A stretch of DNA of 62,909 nt, counting the filler, from Octopus bimaculoides (Eukaryota): assembly GCF_001194135.2 (NCBI RefSeq). It is 8 parts of 8 records of this genome, joined end to end, with 100 filler letters (N's around TTAATTAATTAA, not from the genome) between each part and the next. Parts side by side here need not be neighbours in the genome. Positions count along the whole stretch, not along the records: positions 35,703 to 39,513 come from NC_069005.1; positions 39,614 to 54,483 come from NC_068981.1; 6 more parts are not named here. One strand, 5' to 3'. The notes beneath the pieces are model-generated. The model made no database searches. It was not told where the DNA came from and worked only from the letters and a program-made list of their open reading frames with translations. Of the stretch, positions 37,305 to 50,885 are shown piece by piece (position 1 is the first letter of the stretch; every line of letters begins with the position of its first letter). The translations under genes were made by a program, and so were the position numbers.

Positions 37305-37510
37305 GGCGGCGAGCTGGCAGAATCGTTAGCACGCCGGGCGAAATTCTTAGCGCTATTTCGTCCGTAGCTTCGCTCTGAGTTCAAATTCCGCCGATGTCAA
37401 CTTTGCCTTTCATCCCTTCAGGGTCGATTAAATAAGTACCAGTTGAGTACTGGTGTTCATGTAATCGACTAGTCCCCTATCCCCAAACTTGAAGCCTTGT
37501 GCTTCCAGTA
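37305..37510 (+). mobile_element. S2 SINE copy
   Basis: Match to S2. Confidence 0.8.
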
Positions 37511-37771
37511 GAGAGTACTCTCTCTGAGATTCAAGCAAATAATAATTTCACAGCCGCTTAATTGAACGAATGAGATTGAAAATTAGCTTCAAGTTATGAC
37601 TCGACATTTTTGTTTTAAGCGCGTTACCCGTGAGGCAGATATCGGCAAACATATAAAAATAAGATGGACGAAATGACTCTAAACATGTGACCCGGCGTGC
37701 TAACGATCTTGCTATATTGCCACCTTCACATACAGTAATATCGGTTTCAAATGTTGGCCCAAAGTTGGTTC

Positions 37772-38149
37772 GCACTCCGTCGGTTACGACGACTAGGGTT
37801 CTAGTTGAGCCGAAGAACGGAACAGCCTGCTCGTGAAATTAACGTGAAAGTGGCTGAGCACTCCACAGACACTTGTACCCTTAACATAGTTCTCGGGGAG
37901 ATTCAGCGTGACGCATAATGTGACAAGGCTGGCCCTTTGAAATACAGGTACAACAGAAACAGGAAGTAAGAGTGAGAGAAAGTTGTGGTGAAAGAGTACA
38001 GCAGGGTTCACCACCATCGCCTGCCGGAGCCTCGTGGAGCTTTAGATGTTTTTGCTCAATAAACACTCACAATGCACGGTCTGGGAAACGAAACCGCGAT
38101 CCTACGACCGCCAGTCCGATGCCCTAACCACTGGGTCATTGCGCCTCCA
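37772..38149 (-). mobile_element. SINE S1 copy
   Basis: Reverse complement of the S1 sequence. Confidence 0.9.
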
Positions 38150-38532
38150 CGGCACAAGGTCAGTAATTGAGGGGAGGGGTAAGTCGATTGCATTCGCTCC
38201 GAGGATCAACTGGTACTTATTTTATCGACCCCGAAAGGATAAAAGACTAAGTCGACCTCAGTGATATTTGAACTCTGACCGTAAAGACGGACGAAATGTC
38301 GCTAAGCATTTTATCCAGCGTGGTAGCCACCTTGGCACAAAGCTAGTAAGTTCGTGGGAGGGTGTAATTCGATTACATCTACCCCAGTGTTCAACTGGTA
38401 CTTTATTTTATCGATCCGTCAAGAATGAAAGGCTAAGTCAACCTCGGTGGCATCTAATTTCAGACTGCAACAACGGACGAAATGCCGCCAAGCATTTAGT
38501 CCGGCGTGCCAACAATTCTGCTAGCTAGCCAC
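38150..38532 (-). mobile_element. Two S2 copies abutting the S1 head
   Basis: Match to S2 reverse complement. Confidence 0.75.
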
Positions 38533-38927
38533 CCTCACATACAGAAATTTTCCTCTAAATGTTGGATACTAAGGAGTAGAGGTGGAGAATAGCGTCGGCT
38601 ACTATGCATATTAGTTAAATGCAGGGTGGAGCTAGTATATCGCTAGTATAGATAAACAGTGTCGGCATATATATTGTCTGTCTATCTGTCTGTCTTTATG
38701 CATGTATGTATGTATGTATGTATGTATGCATTTATCTATCTATTTATTTATCTTTATCTATATCTATATATGTGTACGCGTGCGTGTGTGTGTGTATGTT
38801 TGTGTGTGTGTGTATGTGCATGTGTATGTAAATATACATGTGCACAAGGTTTTTATCAATGAGATCGACCCAGAACCTATTTTATTTAGTTTACTACTGA
38901 TATCAGGCTCTTGGCTAACCACTGAGC

Positions 38928-38966
<39 letters not shown>

Positions 38967-39406
38967 CGATGGTGGGGACAGTGTCGTTGTACATAAACAC
39001 TGAGGATATATACAAACCAGCACCGGTTATTCAGTGGTGGGCTCAATCTCATATATATAAACACACGACGGTCTTCTACACAGTTTCCGTCCATTAAATT
39101 CACTCACAGATCAAAAGTCGGCTCTCCAGGCTGCAAGCCGTAGACACTTGGCCAACGCGTCCCGAAGTGGGACGGGACTGAAACCCAATCCACCTGGTAG
39201 GTTGAGAAACGAACGTCTTAACCACACGACCATGCCTGCTCGTTACGGCGGTGGTAGCAAAAATGAACATGGATTCAACTGGAAATCGAATCCACAATAT
39301 GGTCGCAATCTTGGAATTTCAGTCGGGTCAGGAATCTACCAATAACAACGGAGGTTTGCAGTAGCACTATTTTAGAAGCCATGCATTACAGGTGGCGGGG
39401 CATGTG

Positions 39407-39461
<55 letters not shown>

Positions 39462-39834
39462 GGGTGGTGGCAGCGGCGGCGGTGGTGGTGTTGATGGCAG
39501 TGGTAGCGGTGGTNNNNNNNNNNNNNNNNNNNNNNNNNNNNNNNNNNNNNNNNNNNNTTAATTAATTAANNNNNNNNNNNNNNNNNNNNNNNNNNNNNNN
39601 NNNNNNNNNNNNNTATTGATACATCAATTAGAAAGCATTTTTTTTCTTCGTGATCTTTGACAACTATATCTGGTCTATTTGCCTTAATTTCTCTATCTGT
39701 GTGTATTGGCATATGCCAGAGTATGGTTGCTTTCTCGTTTTCTGTGACCTTTTCTGGCGTGTGTTTATACCATCTTTTTTCTGTTGTTATTCCACAGTGT
39801 TGGCATAGCTTCCAGTGTATATAGGTCCCAGCTC

Positions 39835-39909
<75 letters not shown>

Positions 39910-40057
39910 CATTATATTATTATTATTATTATTTATTAATAATTATATCTTTATTTATGTATAATTATACATTTCTATCGGTTGAATTTCGCGCTAATCT
40001 CTCAACGATTTTAACAAGCATGTCGAAGCGGGTATTAGTTTAACCCCAAGCAGCGAG

Positions 40058-40114
40058 ACCCACTGATGAGGACTAAGTGTATTATCTCAGAGTTCGAAAT
40101 CACGTGAAATGGGT
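40058..40114 (+). ncRNA. Type-I hammerhead motif with one core lesion
   Basis: ACCCA CTGATGA GGACT (16 nt) AGTTC GAAA TCACGTGA A A TGGGT; stems I, II and III all pair; U16.1 is changed to A. Confidence 0.65.
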
Positions 40115-40492
40115 ATATCTGTAAATTCATTTGCGTCTTTCCCTCGCAATGGTAGGTTGGCATTTTACTCGCTCATCGATTTCATCAGCATGTGAAATTT
40201 TCAGTGATATTGTGGCATATTTGGGCATTTTTCGACCGTCATTTCTAGCAACGCTGGTACTATCTGGTATACTACGATGGAATCAATCTACAAACATTTT
40301 GGACCACCGGGCCCATAGATACAGCTGTTGGATTTATAATACTTTTTTTCAACCCCTTTAATTCTCTATATCATATGTATTCTGTGTAAGTCGGACCTTT
40401 TTTTGTATCTAAACATATATACATCTTTTGTATTTCATGTATTTGATATACTTTATATATTGATCCGTCTACCTGGCTTATCCGTACATTTA

Positions 40493-40539
<47 letters not shown>

Positions 40540-41532
40540 CAACTAAATAAACACGACTTATTGATTATTAAGTATCATGTAATGATTCTTGAAATATAAT
40601 CTATATTTCGTTACTCGCCTTGAGGAAGAACAATTACAGCCATAAGCTTCTCAGGGCGTCCACGCCTAATAAGATGTTCTAAAATCAGAAATATAGTCCT
40701 CCATTAAAATTACACGAACGCCATTCAATAATCAAATTGAATATTCATGGTAGGACGTGGTAAAAGATACTCTTGAACATTCACTCGAAGATAAGTTGTC
40801 CACAAATATTATTACAACTGATAAAATACAGTTCTTGGATCTTAACGGAAGGGAATATCTTCATAGTTATGAGATAGAAAATTCAGTTCTCAGCATGAAA
40901 TAATACCATTCATTTCGTTGCGTAATCCCGAATCAGAATATTTTAATATACCCGAGGGACATGTCTAACAGTTACAACATTCTGTTCATACTATGGGTGG
41001 TCTAACTCTTTACAAGACAAATGTGTTTAATAAACCAGGCGATTATCATGCGTATTTATTGATGCATGTAAACATGTAAGCTCTCATGCATGTTCTTTGT
41101 GTAGTTCTGTTGTTTGAACTCATTTGTGCAGTAATGCGTTGGCATGTATTTATGCAATTATGTGCGTAAATATCAACAAGACAGGAAATACAGGAAACAA
41201 AAGATGGAAACAGATACATAAAAGTAAGTTAATTGGTATGTATATATATATAATATATGTATATTTGTATGTACCCATGTATACATATAATATGGTTCTA
41301 CTTAACTATTGCAAGACCTATAACTGTTGTTAGAGCATAATATATATATAATATAATGTATTACTCTGATGAAGCTGCAGAATTTCGTACTGGCATTCCC
41401 TTCTGGTTGCACAGTTCCTGAGAAACAGCTGTAAGTTAATGAATGCGATAATGTAACTTTGTTCTTTTGCCATTCATGTGAGTGTGTGTTTATACATAAA
41501 CACACACACACACATACGCACACATGAAGAAA

Positions 41533-41790
41533 AGTGGCCTAGTGGTTAGGCTGTTACACTCACGATCGATAAATCGTCGATTCGAATCTCAGATCGAGTG
41601 GTGTTTTGTGTTCTTGAGCAAAACATTTCATTTCAAGTTGCTCCAGCCTCCCTTCCAATCCGGTGGGAATGTTGGCCTGCTCGCTTAGCCAGTGGGGTTG
41701 CATCATTCAAAGGCTAAAACGATGCAAAGCGCATTGTGACCTGCGATGTGTAACAACATCTGATAGTCTGGTAGGTCACGTGATCACGAT
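41533..41790 (+). mobile_element. tRNA-headed SINE ending in tandem tcacgtga motifs
   Basis: gtggcctagtggttagg...gattcgaatc...ttcttgagcaaaacatt. Confidence 0.65.
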
Positions 41791-41796
41791 CACGTG

Positions 41797-41842
<46 letters not shown>

Positions 41843-43494
41843 ATATGTATGTGTGTATATGGTGTGGCTGTATTTTTAAGAAGTTTGCTTCCCAACAAAA
41901 CAGATTCGTATTTAGTTCCACTACGTGACACCTTAAGGAAGTAACTTCTACTATAGCCTTGGACCTACCAAAGATTAGCGATATGACTTGGTAGAGTGTA
42001 TATATTTATATATATATATATATATATCAGTAATAAAGTTAATGTCTGGCCATAGAGTGACCAATGCTTTCGCATCCATGAAGATTGCAGCTTCGTAGAC
42101 GACTCATCAGACTCTAGTCCGAAGACAAATTTAACTCTTCATCTTTGGGAGATGGAAACCTGTTACAACCATTGGTCAATTGATCATTAGAGAATAAAAA
42201 GTCCAGCGTTAGTGAGGACGGGTTATCTCCCCAAGACCAACTATTTGGAGAGGAGGATAAGGGAGCTATCCCTTGGTCATAATTGATAGTAAGGACTGTA
42301 CCGTGATTGGTCAGCGAACGGGGAATCCGAGCATCTTATGACATAACCTTATTTATATCATAAGATGCTCGGGCTGCCACGAAAACTACATAGGGTCCAC
42401 GGGATTATCGCTCAGACGCAGATGCACTCTGCATCGACAGCAGATTGCATTCCCAGAATACAGAATGAGACCCTTTAGTGAACATATTGAGAAATGCGCA
42501 AAACAAATGCTACCACAATTTATAATCTTTCCATTCTATCAATGTGCCATTGGAACACCAACACAAATTAGATTAAATAAGGAAACCTTCTTTATTGAAA
42601 AATATAAGCTAAAACTTAACCATTGCTAACACTTNNNNNNNNNNNNNNNNNNNNNNNNNNNNNNNNNNNNNNNNNNNNNNNNNNNNNNNNNNNNNNNNNN
42701 NNNNNNNNNNNNNNNNNNNNNNNNNNNNNNNNNNNNNNNNNNNNNNNNNNNNNNNNNNNNNNNNNNNNNNNNNNNNNNNNNNNNNNNNNNNNNNNNNNNN
42801 NNNNNNNNNNNNNNNNNNNNNNNNNNNNNNNNNNNNNNNNNNNNNNNNNNNNNNNNNNNNNNNNNNNNNNNNNNNNNNNNNNNNNNNNNNNNNNNNNNNN
42901 NNNNNNNNNNNNNNNNNNNNNNNNNNNNNNNNNNNNNNNNNNNNNNNNNNNNNNNNNNNNNNNNNNNNNNNNNNNNNNNNNNNNNNNNNNNNNNNNNNNN
43001 NNNNNNNNNNNNNNNNNNNNNNNNNNNNNNNNNNNNNNNNNNNNNNNNNNNNNNNNNNNNNNNNNNNNNNNNNNNNNNNNNNNNNNNNNNNNNNNNNNNN
43101 NNNNNNNNNNNNNNNNNNNNNNNNNNNNNNNNNNNNNNNNNNNNNNNNNNNNNNNNNNNNNNNNNNNNNNNNNNNNNNNNNNNNNNNNNNNNNNNNNNNN
43201 NNNNNNNNNNNNNNNNNNNNNNNNNNNNNNNNNNNNNNNNNNNNNNNNNNNNNNNNNNNNNNNNNNNNNNNNNNNNNNNNNNNNNNNNNNNNNNNNNNNN
43301 NNNNNNNNNNNNNNNNNNNNNNNNNNNNNNNNNNNNNNNNNNNNNNNNNNNNNNNNNNNNNNNNNNNNNNNNNNNNNNNNNNNNNNNNNNNNNNNNNNNN
43401 NNNNNNNNNNNNNNNNNNNNNNNNNNNNNNNNNNNNNNNNNNNNNNNNNNNNNTCTTTGTCTCCTTGTTTCTCTCCTTGTGTCTTTCTGTGTTC

Positions 43495-43530
43495 CTTTCT
43501 GTGGAAGAGCGTAGGCTCGAAACGTCAAAG
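43495..43530 (+). ncRNA. Degenerate minimal hammerhead motif
   Basis: CTTT CTGTGGA A GAGC gtag GCTC GAAAC GTC AAAG. Confidence 0.45.
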
Positions 43531-43734
43531 ACTTTTTCACTTCCCGAGCGTTATACTTATACATCTATTTGTTGTCTACACCACCTGTCTTCATCTTTTG
43601 TTTTTTTTGTGAATTCTCCCCCTATATATATACACACACACACATGTATGTATGCATGTATGTATGTATGTATGAATGGATGGATGGATGGATGGATGGA
43701 TGGATGGATGGATGGATGGATGTGCGTTTGTCTT

Positions 43735-44043
43735 TCTTTCAGTGTTGTCCGCTACTACTGCTTGACATCCAGTAACTCATCGGTTCACCGAAAGATGCCG
43801 ATAGAATAAGTACCAGGCTTAAAAATATAAGTACTGGGTTCGATTCAGTCAACTAAAATACTTCAAGGCAATGCCCCAGCACGGCCAAGCGTGGCTGCGT
43901 GGTAAGAAGATTGCTTCCCAACCACATGGCTCCGGGTTCAGTTCCATTGCGTGGCACCTTGGGCACCTATCTTCGACTATTGCCTCGGGCCGACAAAAGC
44001 TTTGTGAGTGGATTTGGCTGCCAAAAACTGAAAGAAGCCCGTC

Positions 44044-44097
<54 letters not shown>

Positions 44098-44762
44098 TTT
44101 TATTCTTTTAATTGTTTCAGTCATTTGACTGTGGCCATGCTGGAGCACCGTCTGAAAGTGTTTTAGNNNNNNNNNNNNNNNNNNNNNNNNNNNNNNNNNN
44201 NNNNNNNNNNNNNNNNNNNNNNNNNNNNNNNNNNNNNNNNNNNNNNNNNNNNNNNNNNNNNNNNNNNNNNNNNNNNNNNNNNNNNNNNNNNNNNNNNNNN
44301 NNNNNNNNNNNNNNNNNNNNNNNNNNNNNNNNNNNNNNNNNNNNNNNNNNNNNNNNNNNNNNNNNNNNNNNNNNNNNNNNNNNNNNNNNNNNNNNNNNNN
44401 NNNNNNNNNNNNNNNNNNNNNNNNNNNNNNNNNNNNNNNNNNNNNNNNNNNNNNNNNNNNNNNNNNNNNNNNNNNNNNNNNNNNNNNNNNNNNNNNNNNN
44501 NNNNNNNNNNNNNNNNNNNNNNNNNNNNNNNNNNNNNNNNNNGTCTTTGTGTCAGTGTATGTCCCCCATCATCACTTGACAACCATTGTTCGTTTGTTTA
44601 TATCCCTGTAACTTAGCGGTTCGGCCAAAGGGACCGATAGGATAAGTAACAGGAATACAAAGAATACGTCCTAGAACCGATTTCTTCGACTAAAACCCTT
44701 TAAGGCTGTGTTTCAGCATGGCCACAGTCAAATGCCAGAAACAAATAAAAGAATAAAAAGAA
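43735..44762. mobile_element. Cluster of S3 head and tail fragments in both orientations around a gap
   Basis: Tail (+) 43735-43886, head (+) 43887-44045, tail (-) 44095-44166, tail (+) 44543-44762. Confidence 0.75.
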
Positions 44763-45308
44763 TATATATGTATATATATATATATGTGCTCAGGGTCCAC
44801 ATTGTGTTTCAGAGTGTTCAGTGTTTGATTCATGAAACAAGTTTACTGACTGGCAGTTACTTTCAACATTGTTGCAAGACAGCTCGCATTTTCAATCTGT
44901 ATAACAAAATCCCTTGACACTGCTACTACGAACATTTAATCTTTTAACTTTTTAATTATCATAAGCGCTATCGTCGGTCTACCCTCAATCCTCGCCTCAT
45001 ATTTACTACTCTTTACTTGCTACTAAAACCAGCGCCATCCACACAGTCTTTGCCATCGTCATCGTCATCGTTATCTATGACATACTTTGAAACAATTTTC
45101 ACTTAAAATGTCTGCTTTCTTCCCAGCAGCAATAACATATTTTCAACAAATAAGATTTTAAGTCGTTGACCTTCCATATACGACGTATGTTATAGCAGAC
45201 ATTTTCCACATCAACACTCACCAAATCTTTGTATTCATATAACAGCAAAACAACTTTTTTCAAGACAGCATTTCCATCAAATCTCTTAAAATTCTTTTTT
45301 TGCTGTAT

Positions 45309-45354
<46 letters not shown>

Positions 45355-45675
45355 CTGTAAATAAATGGATTCTCCGTGGATTTGGCGATCGGTATCCCAA
45401 GTGGAATTGCCCATTTGTGAAATTATTATATTAGTAGATGAGTATTTCGCTGACAAATGTACCCTTAATGTAACCGATAGGACGATGGTGTACGCGCTCG
45501 TTCGACCTGATAAAAATAGCAGCCAAATCTCCTTCAAATTGCAGTTAACCGTCTTAGAAAAAGATGCATTGGATAGTGTACTGGATAGTATGTTGTACAG
45601 TTTCGTACACATAGAAAAAGGACAGAATGAATACCCTTTGGCCATGCCTGAGTGAGAACTCACATGTGGCTAAAC

Positions 45676-45712
<37 letters not shown>

Positions 45713-46176
45713 CCTTAATGCAATTCTCAGGCACATACACATACACAGGCACATGAACACTCCCATGCATACCCACACGCACGCACATAAAGACTAAATA
45801 TATTGTGTAAGTATTTGGTTTTCACAAATTATTCTGAAATAAAATCTATTCAGAATGAGTACCAGGACTATTGTGGATTTTACCTATAATTCAAAATGTC
45901 CTGATTTGTCACCCCTTTGTCATGCTGATTTTGCCTCAGGATTTACATTAAGTATATGCATGTCTGTGAAAGCTGTAGGCCACTTACACGCTATTTCAAT
46001 GAATAAGCCGTTTAACCGGACGAGTCAATGTAATCATTGTCGAGACTGAAGGCGATCCATTTACTGTATGTTTCTGTTATTCACATACGGTTGCGTTGGC
46101 TTTATCTTTGATAATTTATTATAAGTAAACTTATGTAAACCCTTGCTCATTATTGGATCCGTTTGTTGTTTGGAGT

Positions 46177-46553
46177 GGAGGCGCAATGGCCCAGTGGTTA
46201 GGGCAGCGGACTCGCGGTCATAGGATCGCGGTTTCGATTCCGAGACCGGGCGTTGTGAGTGTTTATTGAGCGAAAACACCTAAAGCTCCACGAGGCTCCG
46301 GCAGGGGGTGGTGGCGAACCCTGCCGTACTCTTCCACCACAACTTTCTCTCACTCTTACTTCCTGTTTCTGTTGTGCCTGTAATTTAAAGGGTCAGCCTT
46401 GTCACACTGTGTCACGCTGAATATCCCCGAGAACTACATTGACGGTACACGTGTCTGTGGAGTGCTCAGCCACTTGCACGTTAATTTCATGAGCAGGCTG
46501 TTCCGTTGATCGGATCAACTGGAACCCTCGACGTCGTAAGCGACGGAGTGCCA
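46177..46553 (+). mobile_element. SINE S1 copy
   Basis: Full-length match to the other S1 copies. Confidence 0.9.
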
Positions 46554-47556
46554 TCATCATTGTTGTTTGGATGATTTAAGAAATAACACAAGCACAGACA
46601 CATACACAGACACACAGACACACACACACGCACGCACATACAGACCGACAGACAGACTCACACACAGCAAAACGTACAAGATTGCGTAAAAAGTGGAGGA
46701 ATTTCTTATAGGTGTGGAATAAAAATAAACATTCTTCTATCTTTTTGTCTTTTATGACCAGATAATCCGATATGTACCGTCTAGTTCAATCGTGGGCAAT
46801 TTTCAGTCCACGATACTTTCTGAATGGCAAGTTTAAAGAAAAATTACTTTCAATCTTTTTAATAGTATGGTTCTGATGGTGAGTCATGCCTCATGCGGCC
46901 CGTTTCTCTAGTTAGGTTTTGTTGTTTGCTTTAGGATGGCAGAGTGCGATCTGAAGTGATTTGGCTGATATTTCTAGCATATAAGAACATCGCATAAATA
47001 CACCCTTATCGGTTAGATTTACAGTAAAGTAGACTAGACTGGAGATAATTAAATTTTTTCACCATCAGATGAACCGTTAACTCTTTAGTACGACGTGGTT
47101 TAAGGTCGAAGCATTGACTCAAATTATTTTATTCATCTAGCCAAAGGACCAACTAAACCATAGGCCGATGCCAACCAGGCTTAGACCTTGTAGTTAAGAA
47201 GTCCGATTCGAAACGATGTTGTACCAGGTTCAATCTCATTGTGCAACATCTTGGCCAAGGGCCTTCTTCCATAACTTTAGGTCGATCAAGTCATTGTAAA
47301 TGAAATTTGGAGGACGGAAACCGTGTAAGGAACCTGTCGAAGGGTTTTGGGCCCTAGGCATTACTCCGTCACTCGGTTTTTTACCATCACCTGATCCTTG
47401 AGGTACCTTTAGTGAAGCTCATTCTGTTGTAAGTATTTGCAGCAAGTTAGGTCTCTGGTCTAAGAATTACCCCCTCCTTTCACCGGTGTCAGAGACCACG
47501 AGAAATACATGTGCTACCTTTCAACCACATACTCTGTGTGTGAGCGTGTGTGTGTG

Positions 47557-47591
<35 letters not shown>

Positions 47592-47701
47592 NNNNNNNNN
47601 NNNNNNNNNNNNNNNNNNNNNNNNNNNNNNNNNNNNNNNNNNNNNNNNNNNNNNNNNNNNNNNNNNNNNNNNNNNNNNNNNNNNNNNNNNNNNNNNNNNN
47701 N

Positions 47702-47735
<34 letters not shown>

Positions 47736-49393
47736 GCGCACGCGTGCATGTAAAGTGTGGTCGAAAGATGTGAGTGCGTATAATACGTGGTCAATGTTTT
47801 AAAAAAATTAGTACAATAGATTTGCAATTTGATAGTACGCATCAATCACTACACTTTCAACCTGATTTGTATACATGTGAGGTATTTATTACGAATTATA
47901 AGGCAATGCATGAGGAAATTTAATTTATATTTATAAGTCTCAATATATTTTCTTAGCTATCACTTTGTGAAAGATTTCAATTTACTTAATTATAACTTAA
48001 AAAGGAATAGACTTCGTTAGTTTAAGTTTTCCTTCAAATGCTTTAAATGAATAAATGTCTATACACAAGTATTTTAGATCATTTTGCGCCTCACTGTGTC
48101 TTATACTATAACTTCAGGTTGACTCAAGTTATGTGAATGAAACTGAGTAGAAAGTTCGTGGAAGCTCATTGAATAGGCTACACTTGTAAATTGAGATGAC
48201 TGACTTTATTACATACTGTGGTGTGTGAATTGTCTCTGGGGATTACGTTAAGATTACAAATGCTTGCAGAATACTTGGCTATGTACTATATGACTCAACG
48301 AGTCATATAGTACATAGTTTCATTTGAAATACTCATCTCGACTGAAATAATCATCATCAAAATTTTGGGCAGATTTACTTACGTTTTACTCAAATGCAAC
48401 GTTTTTGTTGGAGATTCTACGATCAGATGGAATCGGGATAGGATGCATCAACTTCCAAGAACAATATAATAATTAATTTTTATTCGTTGGATATTATTTT
48501 CGGAATTGTTGGTTTTGTTGTTGAGCAGAATTATGATGTTCCAACTTTAGTCATTGTGTTTTTTACTTTTTTGTTTTTCAGGTTCAATCTATAATGATAA
48601 CGTTAACAGTTGCCGCGTTCCTTTTATACGACAGTGAGATGATACTTTGAGAAAATATGGCTGATATTTTAACCAAGTGAATAACAGCAAAGTATAGACA
48701 TAGGCAGCCCTTTTCGAGAAGGAGGCCACATGCGACAGACACGTTTGATAATCCGGCGAGCCGCTCTGCTAAAAAAAAGAGAAAGTAATTTTACGTTAGA
48801 CGTGCCATTCAATTACTCCCGCGAACCGTAGGTTACCCATGACTATTTCAGAAGTTCTCTTGTGTGATAGTGAGGCTTCTCTGATGGCATGTTTCAGAAA
48901 TGATTTAATGTTGTAGATAAGAAAAGGAAGATTTCGATGACATATCTTTATATTGTAGGACTCCATTAACTGCTGGGCAGTAGCAGCACCCGTTTGACAC
49001 ATCAGTATATTTTAACTATATTCTACCCAACGCTAAACGTATAGTGGCAGAATTGAAGAGGTCTCAAAAGAAATAAAGACTTCAATGAATTCAGAATTAA
49101 TTCAGATCACCCAGAAATTGTTTACACTTCCGCATCCAGGCAAAATCGTTTCGGCATTTCCAAAAGGTTATCATATATTTAAGCAATAATTAAGTTAATT
49201 AGCGTCTACTTAATGTTTTAAAACGACAAATAATTGTATGAAAAATATACAAGTATATATATATATATATAAGTATATAGACAGACAAACAGATATATAT
49301 ATGACTTATGTAAGTATTAGATAATATAATATGCGTGTGTATGTATCTACGTTTGTATATGTTTATATATATATATACGCACATGTGTGTACA

Positions 49394-49427
<34 letters not shown>

Positions 49428-49732
49428 CTAACACACACCCATTAATATGTATATGCTCGCGCATGTATGGTTATATAAATGTACATACGTAAACAAGCAT
49501 CTATGTCATTGTAGCTGATTTTGGACAGAATATCTCTCCTGAAAAATATACTGAATTAATCTGTAATCGTTTCTAAGTAGTGTAGACATGACCTTGTACT
49601 TTAGAAGTTCGCTTCACTCTGTGTGAAAGACTGCAATTATTTTCTACGATAGCCTCGGATTGACCAATACATGACACTTGCAATTTGTTAGGAGAAAACT
49701 GTGAAGAAGCACGTTGNNNNNNNNNNTATATA

Positions 49733-49764
<32 letters not shown>

Positions 49765-50885
49765 ACTATTATATATGGTGAGAGGTTGTGTTTGTGTCCG
49801 TGTTTATGGTTGCCCAAGTGTGGTAGTTGTCCAATGACTAAAATCAGTAGAAAATATATAAAAAATAAAATGATTTCTATTTCAAATGTTTTATTCACAA
49901 ATCCCCCTGTAGTTAGTTTTTGCTTTTCTTGTGCCCGAAAGCTTCCATCGCTTCAAGCAAGTATATCAATGACCAAAATGCTTTGAGATTAGAACAGCCT
50001 AGTTGGCGAAATACTTAATTTTGATGTTGGGATGGATTTTGCTGTCCTGAATATTTAATGTAATTTTATTTCCTTCAGTTCTTTCATCTGTGTTAAGTGT
50101 ATCGATGCTAGATTTAGAATTTTGGCAGTTACTGTCTGTAAATTTATCCACAAATTTGAAAACAAATTCAATAGTCTATAGTCTTTGTATGGGTAATTAT
50201 ATTGATTTTCTTTCACAAACGGTTCATCCCCTTTCTGGAGCAAAATTTATTAAAAAATTGAATTAAATGCTATAAGTGATGCATTTTATGGATTAATTCC
50301 TAATATTACTATAGTTTGAAATGTCAGATTAAGATTTGATCTTACTACAATGATTCATGTTAAAAAGACAAGTGTTAAAATGTAGGAGGTATTAAAATTT
50401 TTCTATATATATATAATGGAAAGTAATATATTTTTAGACAGTGTTCTAAATCCTTTCCAAATGCTTGTTTTAACATTCTTTCCCTGGTTTGTTTTTAGCT
50501 AGCAGATAAAATTCTCAAACATCTGGATTCTGTTTGGTTGTCTCAAATACTGCAATTAGCACAATCGTATTAGTAACTATTCACTTTTTCGCTTACCAAC
50601 TGTTACTCATGAAAACTTTTTATAATTCCCGAATTGTTTATTCAGCTCTAAAAGAAGAAATCAGCATGTGACAGGAACTGACATGAACTATCTCCAGAAA
50701 TATCTCAGAACAATGGGACAACGTCAGACAATTTGGTCTTTCTATTAAGAAGGAAAAAATCTTATCAAAGCACACAAAAGTCCTTTTTTATGAGGCGATT
50801 ACTTCCTCGTCCGTGAAGAGAATGTGGTTTCTAGTTTATGCACAGAATGTCAGGGAAGTGATGTCATCAAAACTCTTTTAGTGCC

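Noticed and set aside
42085-42120. Minus-strand CTGATGA...GAAG hammerhead-like string
   Set aside because: GAAA is absent, stem II is only 2 bp and there is no stem I.
45205-45285. Possible 81-bp minus-strand exon (QKKNFKRFDGNAVLKKVVLLLYEYKDL) with gtgagt donor
   Set aside because: The acceptor lies against a (GT)n tract without a polypyrimidine run; no supporting exons.
45365-45655. 96-aa plus-strand ORF that looks protein-like (MDSPWIWRS...)
   Set aside because: It runs through a dispersed repeat (aaatagcagccaaat.tcc.tcaa...gtctta.aaaa, also at about 6733 and 22350) and overlaps an opposite-strand ORF; no family recognised.
50079-50192. Possible 114-bp symmetric plus-strand exon (LSSVLSVSMLDLEFWQLLS...)
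   Set aside because: Good acceptor but only a moderate donor, AT-rich, no partner exon and no recognisable family.
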